From Chloroflexota bacterium (lineage in GTDB: Bacteria; Chloroflexota; Dehalococcoidia; Lucifugimonadales; Australimonadaceae), in the NCBI GenBank assembly GCA_009838965.1, contig VXQP01000078.1, forward strand, positions 388 to 64,387: a stretch of DNA of 64,000 nt, in the 5' to 3' direction. The position numbers and the translations under genes were made by a program. Of the stretch, positions 9,854 through 20,442 are shown piece after piece. How positions within the stretch are numbered: the stretch's first letter is position 1; every line of letters begins with the position of its first letter. The notes under the pieces are model-generated. The model had not been told where the DNA came from. It did no database searches and saw nothing but the letters and a program-made list of their open reading frames with translations.

Positions 9854-11440
9854 TCACTCCCTGTCGAGCCATGCTTCGTTCAGGATGAGCCAGCCCAGCG
9901 GGTGCGGGTTCACGTTGCGGACGTCGTCCCGCTCGCCGTAGAGCACCGGCTGGAAGGCGGTTACGAGGCGCGGAACGTCTTCGACCAGGATGCACTGGAT
10001 CTGTTTGTACGTCTCCGCACGCTCGGCATCGTCCACCTGCCCGCGGGCCTTGACGATGAGCGCGTCGAGCTCGTCGTTGAGGTAACGCGGGGCGTTCCAG
10101 GTAGAGTCGCTCATGTACTGGATGCTGAGCGCCTGGTCGGGCGTCCGGCCGAACCAGTACACCACGGTGAAGTTCTCGATCAACCAGGTGTTCGCCCAGA
10201 ACTGGTCCTCAGGCCTCTGGACGAGGTTCACGGTGATGCCGGCTGGCGCTGCGCTCTCCTTCAGGGCGACCGATTGCTCCAGCATGCCCGGGCCGACGTT
10301 GCCGGTGTAGAGGGTGACCTCCAGCCCGTCCGGATAGCCGGCTTCGGCCAGCAGCTCCTTCGCAAGCTCCGGGTCGTATTCCGGAGGAAGACACTCGGAG
10401 CTGAACATCGGGTCGTTGGGTGCGATCGGGTGGTCGTAGCCGATGCTGCCCCGCCCGAAGAGCGCGGCCTGGCGGATGGCTTCACGGTCGGTCGCGGCCT
10501 GGAGGGCCTGCCGGACCAGTTTGTTGTCGAACGGGGCCTCCCAGTTGCCCAGATCCAGCCCGATGTGGGAAGAACTGGCGGTTTCCAGCACTACGGTCCC
10601 GGGGTTGGCCTCGATGCTGGGGGCGGTGGGCGGCTCCAGTTGGTAGATCACGTCCACGTCGCCGCTCTTGAGCGCTTCCGCCCGGGTCGACGGGTCCGGG
10701 ATCAGCTGGAACACGACCTCATCCAGGTACGGCTTGCCCTCGTCCCAGTAGTCGGGGTTCTTCGAGAGCACCGTCCGCTGACCGGGCAGATACTCCTCCA
10801 GGATGAAGGCGCCCGTCCCGACGCCTCCGAGCGTCAGCGTTTCAACGTCGACGTTCGACGGAGTGATCCTGGCCTGGTAGATGGAGAGCACCTCGGGGAA
10901 GAACGCGCTGGGGCTGACCAGGTCGAACCGGATCGTGTAGTCGTCGATGATCTCCATGTGCTCGATAACTTCGAACGTGGGCCGGGCAGGGGAATCGATC
11001 ACCGGGTCCAGTAGGCGGTTGAACGAGAACACTACGTCCTCAGCCTTGAAGTCCTTGCCGTTGTGGAACTTCACGCCCTCCCGCAACTGGAATGTCCAGG
11101 ACGACAGCTCCTCGTTGGGTTCCCACGACGTGGCCAACTCCGGCTTCACGGATAGGTCGGGCTGAATCATCAGCAGGTTGTCGTATATCTGCTGGGTGAT
11201 GAGGGTGTCCGCCGTGCCGAGGGTCACCGGCGGGTCAAGGGTGTTGTTCTCCGACACCAGCGTGACCGTCAGCGACCCACCGGTCTTGATTCCATCGGAG
11301 CCGGAACCCCCGCCGCCGTCGCCGTCGTCGCCGCACGCGGCCAACGCCATGATGGCGAGCGCTGCAAGTGCCAGGCCGACTAGCGCCGCGAGGCGCGGCC
11401 ACCCGGCTATGACTATCGTCCTGTCTGTCCTCTCTCTCAT
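9854..11440 (-). CDS. ABC transporter substrate-binding lipoprotein (family 5, OppA/DppA type)
   Basis: Lipobox 'ALAAC', 'WTFQLREGVKFHNG', 'GTGAF'. Start at ATG 11440 after GAGG. Confidence 0.92.
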   Translation of the reverse strand: MRERTDRTIVIAGWPRLAALVGLALAALAIMALAACGDDGDGGGGSGSDGIKTGGSLTVTLVSENNTLDPPVTLGTADTLITQQIYDNLLMIQPDLSVKPELATSWEPNEELSSWTFQLREGVKFHNGKDFKAEDVVFSFNRLLDPVIDSPARPTFEVIEHMEIIDDYTIRFDLVSPSAFFPEVLSIYQARITPSNVDVETLTLGGVGTGAFILEEYLPGQRTVLSKNPDYWDEGKPYLDEVVFQLIPDPSTRAEALKSGDVDVIYQLEPPTAPSIEANPGTVVLETASSSHIGLDLGNWEAPFDNKLVRQALQAATDREAIRQAALFGRGSIGYDHPIAPNDPMFSSECLPPEYDPELAKELLAEAGYPDGLEVTLYTGNVGPGMLEQSVALKESAAPAGITVNLVQRPEDQFWANTWLIENFTVVYWFGRTPDQALSIQYMSDSTWNAPRYLNDELDALIVKARGQVDDAERAETYKQIQCILVEDVPRLVTAFQPVLYGERDDVRNVNPHPLGWLILNEAWLDRE

Positions 11441-11719
11441 CCGTTCACCTCTCTCATAACCCAACATGGAGGCTGTCCCTCCCTGGGGAAGATGGTTCGA
11501 GATTGCCATTCCGCTCCCGCAACAAGCACAAAGCTCCCGCGTGACGCCTGCTGTGGAGTTCTCCTTTGGGGGAGGCCAGGGGCGCAGCGGAGGAATCTCT
11601 GGTCGGCACTACCGAATGGGGGTGACGCGCCTGTTGTCGGCCTTTCTCGGGCTGCAGGGACCGGTTTGTTTTACCTCGGATTAGCTTGCAGCCAGCCGAT
11701 CGGCGGCGGGTCATTACCT

Positions 11720-11749
11720 ACCATAGGCAGGAGCGATGGAGGGTGTCAA
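11720..11749 (-). promoter_or_regulatory. Putative sigma70 promoter of the ABC operon
   Basis: TTGACA(11749-11744)-18 nt-TATGGT(11725-11720) on the minus strand. Confidence 0.5.
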
Positions 11750-12182
11750 CTTACCGAATCCGTCAACAGGAAAGTCCGATACCGTCATTAATCGACGCAT
11801 GTATGCAGCCTTAGCGATGGTCAGCCGTAGGCATGGCCATGGCCATGCTCAGCCCGACAGGGCCAGGCCAGGGCACCGGCGCCGGGCCGGAGCAATCACA
11901 AGCCAGGGCCGCCCAGAACGCGCACTCCTGACGACAAGAGGGAGGTGCACCATCGGCCCCGGCAACGTCGCCGCTGTTCCGCGTTCGCACCATGTCAACG
12001 CCGCATTTCGCCCTGAGCCTGCGTTTTTCGTGCCCATATCCGCAGTGCTGGAGCGTGCTGAGCAATTCTCAAATGCGCTATTCAAGGTTCTCGCACTCCT
12101 GTGCCGGCCGCTCCGGGCAGGTAAACTCCCATGGGCGCCACCATCCCTATCTGCACGCCCAGCCAAGACGGAGGAGCGCTCC

Positions 12183-13187
12183 ATGACCACCAAACCGACG
12201 TTCAGCCTCGCGTTCGCGCCCAACCCGCGAAGCCGCCCCATCATGGACGGCACCATTAAGCCGGAAGGCATCGAACTCATCCCGACGGCGTCGGGCCCGG
12301 CGGAGACGTTCCACCGGCAGCTGACACACCAGGAGTTCGATGTCTCGGAGATGTCATTATCGTCGCTCGCCATCATCACCGCGCAGGGGAACCGCGACTG
12401 GGTCACACTGCCTATCTGCACCACGCGGACGTTCTTCGGCACCGGCGCACTCGTGCGCACGGACGCAGGCATCGAATCGCCCGCCGACCTCAAGGGGAAG
12501 CGCGTGGGCGTCAACGAGTACCAGCAGACGGCGGCGCTCTGGGCGCGGGGTTTCTTCCAGCACGAGTACGGGGTCGCCCCGAGCGACGTGGAATGGTGGA
12601 TGGAGCGCACGCAGGAGCTGAGCCACGGCGGGGCGACGGGGTTCGAACCGCCACCCGGCGTGACGCTGCATTACATGGACCCCGCGAAAGACCAGAACCT
12701 CGGCGGCATGATGGCGAACGGCGAACTGGACGCCATCTACGTCTACTTCTACGGCGGGGGCGGCATCAACCGGAGCACGCTCGACCTGCGCGCCCACGAG
12801 AAGGTACGGACACTCTTCCCCGACCCGCTCGCGGAGTCGGCGCGCTACTACGCCAAGACGGGCATCTACCCCATCAATCACGTCGTCATCATGCGGCGGT
12901 CGCTCTACGAGCAGCACCCGTGGGCGGCACGGAACCTGTACGACGCGTTCGTGAAGGCGAAGGAGCTGTGGGTGTCGCGGACGCTCGAACAGGCGCAGCC
13001 GTTCGTCGACGCGGGGCTGCTGCCGTCGAACTCGCGCGCCGCGCTGACGACTGACCTCTTCCCGTACGGCGTCGCAGGGATCCGTCACACGCTGGAGACG
13101 GCGCTCGCCTACTCGACGGAGCAGGGGCTCACCCCGCGTGTGGTGAGCATCGAGGAGCTGATGGCCCCTACCCTGCTGGACACATAG
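12183..13187 (+). CDS. 4,5-dihydroxyphthalate decarboxylase-like / periplasmic-binding-fold protein
   Basis: 'EFDVSEMSLS', 'DLKGKRVGVNEYQQTAALWARG', 'YYAKTGIYPINHVV', 'FPYGV'. GGAGGAG RBS before ATG 12183. Confidence 0.8.
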   Translation: MTTKPTFSLAFAPNPRSRPIMDGTIKPEGIELIPTASGPAETFHRQLTHQEFDVSEMSLSSLAIITAQGNRDWVTLPICTTRTFFGTGALVRTDAGIESPADLKGKRVGVNEYQQTAALWARGFFQHEYGVAPSDVEWWMERTQELSHGGATGFEPPPGVTLHYMDPAKDQNLGGMMANGELDAIYVYFYGGGGINRSTLDLRAHEKVRTLFPDPLAESARYYAKTGIYPINHVVIMRRSLYEQHPWAARNLYDAFVKAKELWVSRTLEQAQPFVDAGLLPSNSRAALTTDLFPYGVAGIRHTLETALAYSTEQGLTPRVVSIEELMAPTLLDT

Positions 13188-13226
13188 CGAGAGCAGAGAG
13201 CCGAAGCGAAGAAGAGTTCCACAGGA

Positions 13227-14414
13227 ATGGCAGACGACCAGCGTTCACCCGGCGTGCACGGAGAGAACGGTTCCGGCCCGGTAACGGAACCCGACCGCAT
13301 CACGAGCCTGGACCTCCTGCGTGGGGTGGCGGTGCTGGTAATCGTGCTGATGAACGCCGTTTCCTTCAAGCACGGACTGGCGCCGTACATCAACCTCAGC
13401 GCGGGCGGGTCCGAGACGTGGCTGGACTGGACCATCGGCGTGTTCGGCGAGATCTTCATCGACCAGAAGTTCATGGGGATATTCTCGCTGCTGTTCGGCG
13501 CGGGGATACTCCTGTTCATCGAACGGGCCGAGCGGCGGGAAGGCCGGCCTGTCCTGCTGAACCTGTGGCGCAACGTCCTGCTGCTGGGCATCGGCATCCT
13601 CCATGCCATCCTCTGGGACGGCGACGTGCTGATCGCCTACGCCGTCTCAGCCGTATTCCTGCTCGCGTTGCGCAAACTGCCCTCCAGAGCCCTCATCGGC
13701 ATCGGGGCCGTCGTGTACCTGCTTTCCGTCCCTCTCATGCTGCTGATGCAGGCCATCGCAAACGGCGCCGACGTATCGCTGGCCGGCATCTGGGAGCCGG
13801 GGAAGCTCGGCGGGGGCAGCGATCCGTCCCTCAGCGAAAGCATGGGGGGACTCCTGCTGCTCGGTTACTTCCTGCGCGCGCTGGGGCTGATCCTGATGGG
13901 CGCCGGTCTATACCGCCTCGGGTTCATGAACGGCAGCATGGCGACGAGCACCTACAGGTTCGTTGCCGTGCTCGGCCTGGGCGTCGGGCTGGCGCTGGCC
14001 ACGGTCGGCGTGGTCGTCACGGCGCTCGGAGACTACTCGCGGGACGTGGCCTTCATCGGCCAGGTCCCCAATACGCTGGGCTCGATCCCCGCGTCGCTCG
14101 GCTACATGAGCCTCATCATCCTCTGGAACAAGAGCCGGGATAACTGGCTGAAACGCCGGTTGCTCGCCACCGGGCGGATGGCGCTCACCAACTATCTCTC
14201 ACAGACCGTACTGGGGATGCTGGTGCTCAACGTCCTGCTTGGGGACGTTTCCGTGACCCGTACGGGCATCTTTGCGTTCTGCATGGGCATCTGGGTAGTG
14301 CAGATCTGGTGGTCGCCGCTCTGGCTCAGCCGCTTCCGTTTCGGCCCTGCCGAATGGCTGTGGCGGGTCGCCACCTACCGAAAGGGACAACCTCTGCGGC
14401 GGGGTCCAGCCTAG
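13227..14414 (+). CDS. DUF418 / YeiB-family membrane protein
   Basis: 'RITSLDLLRGVAV', 'KFMGIFSLLFGAG', 'GRMALTNYLSQ', 'FRFGPAEWLWR'. Confidence 0.9.
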   Translation: MADDQRSPGVHGENGSGPVTEPDRITSLDLLRGVAVLVIVLMNAVSFKHGLAPYINLSAGGSETWLDWTIGVFGEIFIDQKFMGIFSLLFGAGILLFIERAERREGRPVLLNLWRNVLLLGIGILHAILWDGDVLIAYAVSAVFLLALRKLPSRALIGIGAVVYLLSVPLMLLMQAIANGADVSLAGIWEPGKLGGGSDPSLSESMGGLLLLGYFLRALGLILMGAGLYRLGFMNGSMATSTYRFVAVLGLGVGLALATVGVVVTALGDYSRDVAFIGQVPNTLGSIPASLGYMSLIILWNKSRDNWLKRRLLATGRMALTNYLSQTVLGMLVLNVLLGDVSVTRTGIFAFCMGIWVVQIWWSPLWLSRFRFGPAEWLWRVATYRKGQPLRRGPA

Positions 14415-14827
14415 CGCTGCGCAAGCGTCTGCACCACCGGCCTGCGATAGGCTTCCAACCCAGAAGAGTCGGGGAGTTCGTCAGCCGAGAATCAGCCTAT
14501 CGCGCTGTGTTCGTCCAGTGCCGCGTTGACCGGCTCGCCTCTCCACGCAGTCACCGCGAAGATGGCGATCTCCGCAGGCTCAACCGGGTCATGTACGATT
14601 CCGAGGGGATGGAACGCCTCGATATCCACGCCCAGTTCCTCACGAGCCTCTCGGCGCAGGGCTTCCTCCAGAGGCTCTCCCTCTTCGACATGCCCCCCGA
14701 ACAGGTCCCACACGTCCGGGTAGTGGCGTGCCGTTGAGGACCTCTTGGCGAGGAGCACCCGGCCACCGCGTACCATCGCTCCGGCCACGCAAGGCGCGAT
14801 GGTGGCCTGTCCTTCAGGAGTAGGCAT
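14411..14827 (-). pseudogene. NUDIX hydrolase interrupted by an in-frame TGA at 14492-14494
   Basis: Nudix box 'GGHVEEGEPLEEALRREAREELG'. After 'EHSAIG*' the frame continues FSADELP...AQR to TAG at 14411-14413. Confidence 0.7.
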
Positions 14828-14838
14828 TGACTCCCTCT

Positions 14839-15855
14839 CTACTCCTGACGCGGCGCGCGGGCCATCAGTTCGAGGAGGGCGTCCTGGGGCGATGCGCCGT
14901 CGAACAGCACGCGGGCCGTCGCCGCGGCGATGGGGGCCTCGACGCCGAGCGCGTTCGCCATCTCGAGCGCCGCGGAGGTCGTACCGACGCCTTCGGCGAC
15001 CTGCCCGCCCAACGACTCGATCGCCTCCTCGAGCGTGCGGCCCTCGGCGAGCGCGAGCCCGACGCGGTAGTTGCGGCTGAGGTTGCTGTAGCAGGTCGCG
15101 ATGAGGTCGCCGAAGCCCGCCGTGCCCGCGAACGTAGCAGCCTGCGCGCCCGCCGCGACGCCCAGACGCACCATCTCAGCCAGCCCCCTCGTGACGAACG
15201 CCGCTTTCGCATTGTCGCCGAGCTGCATGCCGTCGCAGATGGCCGCGCCGATCGCCATCACGTTCTTCAGCGTACCGCCCAGCTCCGTCCCGATGATGTC
15301 GGCGTTCGTGTAGACGCGGAGCGTCGGCGAGTTGAACAGCCGCTGCGCTGACGTCGCCGCGTCGGCGGATGGGGATGCGATGACCGTTGCCGACGGCAGG
15401 CCGCGCGCGACCTCGCGGGCGAGGTTGGGGCCGGAGAGTGCACAGAGGGTCGGCGCGGCGTCGGGCAGCTCTTCGGCGAGCACGACGCTCATGCGTTTGA
15501 ACGTTCCCTGCTCCAGTCCCTTGCACGCGGAGACGACGATGGCGTCCGCTGGCACGTGAGGCGCGGCGCGGCGGGCGTTATCGCGCAGGGTGTGGCTCGG
15601 CACGGCGAAGACGACGAACGGCGCGCCGTCCATGCCCTCGGCCCAGTCTGCGGTCACGCGCAGCGACGGCGGGAAGGGGTGACCCGGCAGCCGCGCCGCG
15701 AGCTCGCCGTCCGACGCCAGCCGCTGCGCTTCGGCGTCCGAGCGCGCGAGGAGCCGCACGTCGATTCCGCGTCGCGCGAGGATGAGGGCGAGCGTCCCGC
15801 CCCACGACGTTGTGCCGACGACCGCAACGGGTCCTTGCTGCTCTGCTGAGGTCAT
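14839..15855 (-). CDS. gpsA: NAD(P)H-dependent glycerol-3-phosphate dehydrogenase
   Basis: 'SWGGTLA', 'LSGPNLAREV', 'ELGGTLKNVMAI', 'GFGDLIATCYSNLSRN'. Confidence 0.95.
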   Translation of the reverse strand: MTSAEQQGPVAVVGTTSWGGTLALILARRGIDVRLLARSDAEAQRLASDGELAARLPGHPFPPSLRVTADWAEGMDGAPFVVFAVPSHTLRDNARRAAPHVPADAIVVSACKGLEQGTFKRMSVVLAEELPDAAPTLCALSGPNLAREVARGLPSATVIASPSADAATSAQRLFNSPTLRVYTNADIIGTELGGTLKNVMAIGAAICDGMQLGDNAKAAFVTRGLAEMVRLGVAAGAQAATFAGTAGFGDLIATCYSNLSRNYRVGLALAEGRTLEEAIESLGGQVAEGVGTTSAALEMANALGVEAPIAAATARVLFDGASPQDALLELMARAPRQE

Positions 15856-15917
15856 GCCTCCCTCCCACGGCAGGGGCAGATTCTAGCGTCGCGAGGAGGT
15901 GAGGGGGAGGCGATAAG

Positions 15918-15941
15918 GGGGCGGCCTTGTGCCGCCCCCTT
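15918..15941 (-). terminator. Hairpin GGGGGCGGC-N-GCCGCCCCC after the cupin gene
   Basis: Inverted repeat 'ggggcggccttgtgccgcccc' downstream of the stop at 15973. Confidence 0.5.
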
Positions 15942-15972
15942 TGATTCGTCCTTACTCCCCAGTAGCGGTGCC

Positions 15973-17148
15973 CTAGTCGTAGTCCTGGAGCGCGCCCTTC
16001 TTGTTCTCGGGACCGGGGACGCCGGTGCAGGTCGAGACGAGGTTCTTCATGCGGCACTCCTGGCCGTACTTGGCCAGTTCGGCCTCGAAGATCTCGTGGA
16101 CGCGGGGGTCTTCGTCCTCGTACTCGAGCTGGATGCCGCCCTCCTTGATGCTCACCATGGCGCGGATCTCGCCCCGGCGTGAGGGGTCGTTGATGCCGCG
16201 CTGGTAGGTGTACTTGCGGGAGTTGGAGGGGCTCATGTTGATGTAGCGCGCGGGCGTCGTGCCGACGTTGAAGTGCTGGTGGAAGTACTCGCTGTAGGCG
16301 TCCTGCGTCGGGAGGTAGAGGCTGCCGCGCTGCCAGTCCGCCTTCACCAGGTCGGACATGTCCTCCTTCTGCCACACGAGCGCGAAGCCGACGCCGCCGG
16401 TGATGAGCAGGTGCGCGCCGGGGCCGTGGCGGTGCGCCTTCTTGTAGGTGCCCACCGGGAACTCCGAGATGTGGGAGGAGACGGTGTTGTCGGACAGCGA
16501 CAGCATGATGTTGGTGCCGCCCGCGCCACGCTCCGACCAGTCCGGCATGGGCATGTTCGCCGCGTCCGGCAGGAAGTTGGTCTCCCACACCCGGCCCTTG
16601 TACATCTGGCCGGAGCCGGAGGCCCAGCCCTCCTCGGCGGTGAGGCGGTCCGGGAAAACGTAGGGGTTGTTCCAGATGAAGTCTTCCGTGATGAACTTGC
16701 GGATCATGCCGGGCAGGTTGGTGACCGAGACCATGCGGGTGGGCTCCGTGCCGCTGCCGTTGAAGTGCTGGTACCAGGCGTTCATGGGGATTGAGAAGTA
16801 TGCGCCCTCCGTCCACTCGAATGTCTGCTTGCGGGACTCGTCGTACCAGACGGAGGTCGCGCCGCGTCCGCTGAGGACGTAGATGACCTCGTTGAACATG
16901 TGGCGCTCGGGGTTGGTCTTGCCCGCGGGCCCTACCTCGACGACGTGCTCGTCTGTCTCCTCGTCGCCGTCGAGGTAGACGACCGCGCCGTTGCAGCCCT
17001 TGCGGGGCCAGTAGTCGAGCTCCAGGGAATAGAGGTCCCTGATATAGAGCCCGCCGTGGATCACCGCACCTTCGTTCTTCTGCCACTCCTCGTACGTGTC
17101 GATTCGCTCGAACGTCGGGGCGAGGGCCGGGTCGTAGTTCGTCGTCAT
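15973..17148 (-). CDS. Bicupin-domain protein (gentisate 1,2-dioxygenase-like)
   Basis: Two cupin motifs 'ERHMFNEVIYVLSGRG...WYQHFN' and 'KAHRHGPGAH...FHQHFN'. GGAGGA RBS before ATG 17148. Confidence 0.7.
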   Translation of the reverse strand: MTTNYDPALAPTFERIDTYEEWQKNEGAVIHGGLYIRDLYSLELDYWPRKGCNGAVVYLDGDEETDEHVVEVGPAGKTNPERHMFNEVIYVLSGRGATSVWYDESRKQTFEWTEGAYFSIPMNAWYQHFNGSGTEPTRMVSVTNLPGMIRKFITEDFIWNNPYVFPDRLTAEEGWASGSGQMYKGRVWETNFLPDAANMPMPDWSERGAGGTNIMLSLSDNTVSSHISEFPVGTYKKAHRHGPGAHLLITGGVGFALVWQKEDMSDLVKADWQRGSLYLPTQDAYSEYFHQHFNVGTTPARYINMSPSNSRKYTYQRGINDPSRRGEIRAMVSIKEGGIQLEYEDEDPRVHEIFEAELAKYGQECRMKNLVSTCTGVPGPENKKGALQDYD

Positions 17149-17264
17149 GGTGTCCTCCTCTGACGAATTCCGCGCAGGCTGGTGCATTCGCCTGCGCGCA
17201 ATCGGGAAGTTACGCCCGCGTGCGCCAGTCGTCAATCGGGGGCTCACCGCGAATGGCGGAGCAA

Positions 17265-19013
<1,749 letters not shown>

Positions 19014-19041
19014 CGGGTCTGCCTCGCTGGTGTTCTGCTAC

Positions 19042-19070
19042 GAGAAAGGGGCGCTCGGCGCGCCCCTTCT
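19042..19070 (-). terminator. Attenuator-type hairpin between the leader peptide and thrS
   Basis: Minus strand AAGGGGCGC-GCCGA-GCGCCCCTT then TCTC. Short U-tract. Confidence 0.7.
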
Positions 19071-19101
19071 GCATGGTTGGAGACCGCGTACGCGCCCAGG
19101 C

Positions 19102-19194
19102 TTATGCGGCCACGGCTGCCGTCTCGCGGACGCGCGCAGCCGCGGCCCTCGTAGTGCGGGTCGTCGTGGTTGTCGTGACTGCGGTGCGCTGCAT
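19102..19194 (-). CDS. Thr-rich leader (attenuator) peptide MQRTAVTTTTTTRTTRAAAARVRETAAVAA
   Basis: 30 codons with 10 Thr (six consecutive, all four Thr codons used), directly upstream of thrS and downstream of TGCTACAAT. Confidence 0.85.
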   Translation of the reverse strand: MQRTAVTTTTTTRTTRAAAARVRETAAVAA

Positions 19195-19204
19195 GACGCT
19201 GCGC

Positions 19205-19258
19205 ATTGTAGCACGCCCCCGCATGAACGGGCGCAGGCGTGGACGCCGGTGCTACAAT
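19205..19258. promoter_or_regulatory. Divergent extended -10 promoters (TGCTACAAT on both strands) for the thr leader/thrS and xdhC
   Basis: TACAAT on minus at 19210-19205 and on plus at 19253-19258, each preceded by TGC. Confidence 0.65.
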
Positions 19259-19287
19259 CGTTCCACGATGCGGGGGAGGGTGAGCGC

Positions 19288-20412
19288 ATGAAGGCCGTCT
19301 ACGACGAAGCAACAGCGCTGACGCATGACGGACAGGACTTCGTCATCGCAACCGTCGTGCACACGCAGGGCTCGACGCCCCAGAAGCCGGGCGCGGCGCT
19401 CCTGGTGCGGGGCGACGGCTCGACCGTCGGCACGCTTGGCGGCGGCTGCGTCGAGGGCGACATCTGGTTCGCCGCCAAGGAAGCGCTCCGCGAGAACACC
19501 GGCCCGCAGTACAAGCGCTACTACCTGAACGAGGACATCGCCGCGCGCGACGGCCTCGTCTGCGGCGGCACGATGTACTTCTACATCGAGCCGCTCACCG
19601 GCCAAGCATCCGGGCGAGAGCTCTCCGCGGAGATCGCCGACGCCTACGCCGGAGGCCCCAGCCTCTCCGTAGCGACGCTCGTGAAGAGCGACCGGCTCGC
19701 GCAGGGCACGCGCATCGTCGTCCGCGAGGACGGCACGTCCGAGGGGACGCTCGGCGACGCGGCGCTCGACGCCGAGGCGATCGAGACCGCGAAGGACGTC
19801 ATGCCGATGGGGCGCACCGCCCGCATCCACACAGAGCAGGGCGACGAGCTGTTCGTCGAGGGCTACACCGCGCCCGCGCTGCTCGTCCTCATCGGCGGGG
19901 GGCACGTCAACCTACAGGTCGCGCGCATCGGGCACATGATGGGCCTGCGCGTGATGGTGACCGACGACCGCCGCGAGTTCGCGAACAATGAGCGCTTCCC
20001 GATGGCGGAGGCGACGAACGTCGCGCCGTACGACCGGGGCGTAGACGCGTTCCCGGTGACGCCGAACACGGCCATCGTCATCGGCTCGCGCGGGCACCAC
20101 TTCGACGACCTCGCGACCGAGGCGGCGGCGCGCACGAACGCGGGCTACGTGGGTCTGCTGGGCAGCAAGCGCAAGACCATCATGATCTACGAGTCGCTGC
20201 TGCGGAAGGGCGTGCCGGAGGAGCGGCTGCGCGAGATACACGCGCCGGTGGGCCTCGACCTCGGCGGACGCGCTCCGGAGGAGATCGCGCTCAGCATCGT
20301 GTCGGAGATCGTGGCGTGGCGGAACGGCCGCACCGGCGGTCCGATGACGATGGAGCCGTTCCACCTCGACCGGCTCGTCGCCAAGGTGAACGGCGCGGCA
20401 GCGCCCCGGTAG
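19288..20412 (+). CDS. XdhC/CoxI family molybdenum-hydroxylase accessory protein
   Basis: 'GSTPQKPGA', 'GTLGGGCVEG', 'GLVCGG', 'YVGLLGSKRK', 'APVGLDLGGRAPEEIALSI'. Confidence 0.92.
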   Translation: MKAVYDEATALTHDGQDFVIATVVHTQGSTPQKPGAALLVRGDGSTVGTLGGGCVEGDIWFAAKEALRENTGPQYKRYYLNEDIAARDGLVCGGTMYFYIEPLTGQASGRELSAEIADAYAGGPSLSVATLVKSDRLAQGTRIVVREDGTSEGTLGDAALDAEAIETAKDVMPMGRTARIHTEQGDELFVEGYTAPALLVLIGGGHVNLQVARIGHMMGLRVMVTDDRREFANNERFPMAEATNVAPYDRGVDAFPVTPNTAIVIGSRGHHFDDLATEAAARTNAGYVGLLGSKRKTIMIYESLLRKGVPEERLREIHAPVGLDLGGRAPEEIALSIVSEIVAWRNGRTGGPMTMEPFHLDRLVAKVNGAAAPR

Positions 20413-20442
20413 GGGGCTGCGCCCTACCGGTGGCGTATTCCA

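Noticed and set aside
11831-11848. Perfect 18-bp palindrome GCATGGCCATGGCCATGC
   Set aside because: It is also a tandem (CATGGC)n repeat and occurs once. No support as an operator.
11736-12182. N-terminal extension of the 483-aa ORF (and similar extensions at 18874, 28643, 54695 and 62162)
   Set aside because: Non-conserved-looking sequence. Better starts with an RBS or translational coupling lie downstream.
14492-14494. Selenocysteine or genetic-code reassignment of TGA
   Set aside because: The position corresponds to Trp, not Cys, and TGA is used as a normal stop in many genes here.
19014-19210. T-box riboswitch upstream of thrS
   Set aside because: No GGTGGNACC T-box or stem I features are visible. 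The Thr-codon leader ORF explains the region better.
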